Positions 63,426 through 64,000 of a DNA stretch of 64,000 nt are shown here, in pieces. The translations under genes were made by a program, and so were the position numbers. Source of the DNA: Octopus sinensis (taxonomy: Eukaryota); NCBI RefSeq assembly GCF_006345805.1, contig NC_043016.1, positions 2,790,001-2,854,000 of the forward strand, given 5' to 3'. Each line of letters starts with the position of its first letter. Within the stretch, counting starts at the first letter, position 1. The notes beneath the pieces were generated by a model that made no database searches, was not told the origin of the DNA, and saw nothing but the letters and a program-made list of their open reading frames with translations.

Positions 63426-63493
<68 letters not shown>

Positions 63494-63536
63494 TGTGTAT
63501 ACACACAATTATAAGATTATATATCGATATATATGT

Positions 63537-63582
<46 letters not shown>

Positions 63583-63716
63583 ATATATATTATATATTAT
63601 ATATATATACATAATATATATTATATATATATGTACGTATACATATATGTATAGATGTGTACGTATATATGTGTGTGTGTGCGTACAGATATACACACAC
63701 AAATATATGATTATAT

Positions 63717-63793
<77 letters not shown>

Positions 63794-64000
63794 CATGTAT
63801 GTGTATATGTATGCGTGTGTGTGTGTGTGTGTGGTGTGTGTGTGTGTGTAAGAGAAAAGGGTTTTCAAAATGATGGTGTAGAGCGAATCATAATTATGTA
63901 AGGAGTTCCAACTTCATATTTCAAGCAGCAGTTAACAGGAAGTTTAAATACAATTGATTGTTAAAATAAATGAGATTATACAATATAGTTCGTACATTAA

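Noticed and set aside
3532-63901. Dozens of long ORFs rich in I/Y/T/H/C/V (e.g. 3532-4053, 15960-16553, 20180-20974, 59108-59707)
   Set aside because: They are translations of (TA)n, (CA)n, (TTA)n and similar tracts, which lack stops in some frames; no coding evidence.

Overview
AT-rich, microsatellite-saturated animal genomic DNA with one 100-N scaffold gap (44331-44430). The repeat families look, from memory, like those of a coleoid cephalopod (octopus); this is not verifiable here. Most long ORFs in the track are simple-repeat artefacts. Three things are in the window. (1) A probable multi-exon host gene on the minus strand, pieced together by eye from about 10 small GT-AG exons between ~13.2 and ~49.7 kb. 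They chain into ~240 stop-free codons with no family I recognise. (2) Many decayed transposons: a hAT 5' end, Helitron pieces, three mariners (one full-length and nested in a LINE), a maT-like piece, R4/Dong-like, Hero-like, RTE, CR1-like and L1/Tx1-like LINEs, a Penelope-like element (PLE), and at least five tRNA-derived SINE families. (3) The most interesting layer: about eight minimal hammerhead-ribozyme (HHR)-like motifs of the PLE type, several inside fold-back inverted repeats. One lies in a tRNA-headed SINE-like unit (A/B box, (AAT)n, HHR, short tandem tail), present as a head-to-head palindrome at ~43.0-43.65 kb. All calls are by manual reading; no searches or folding programs were run.
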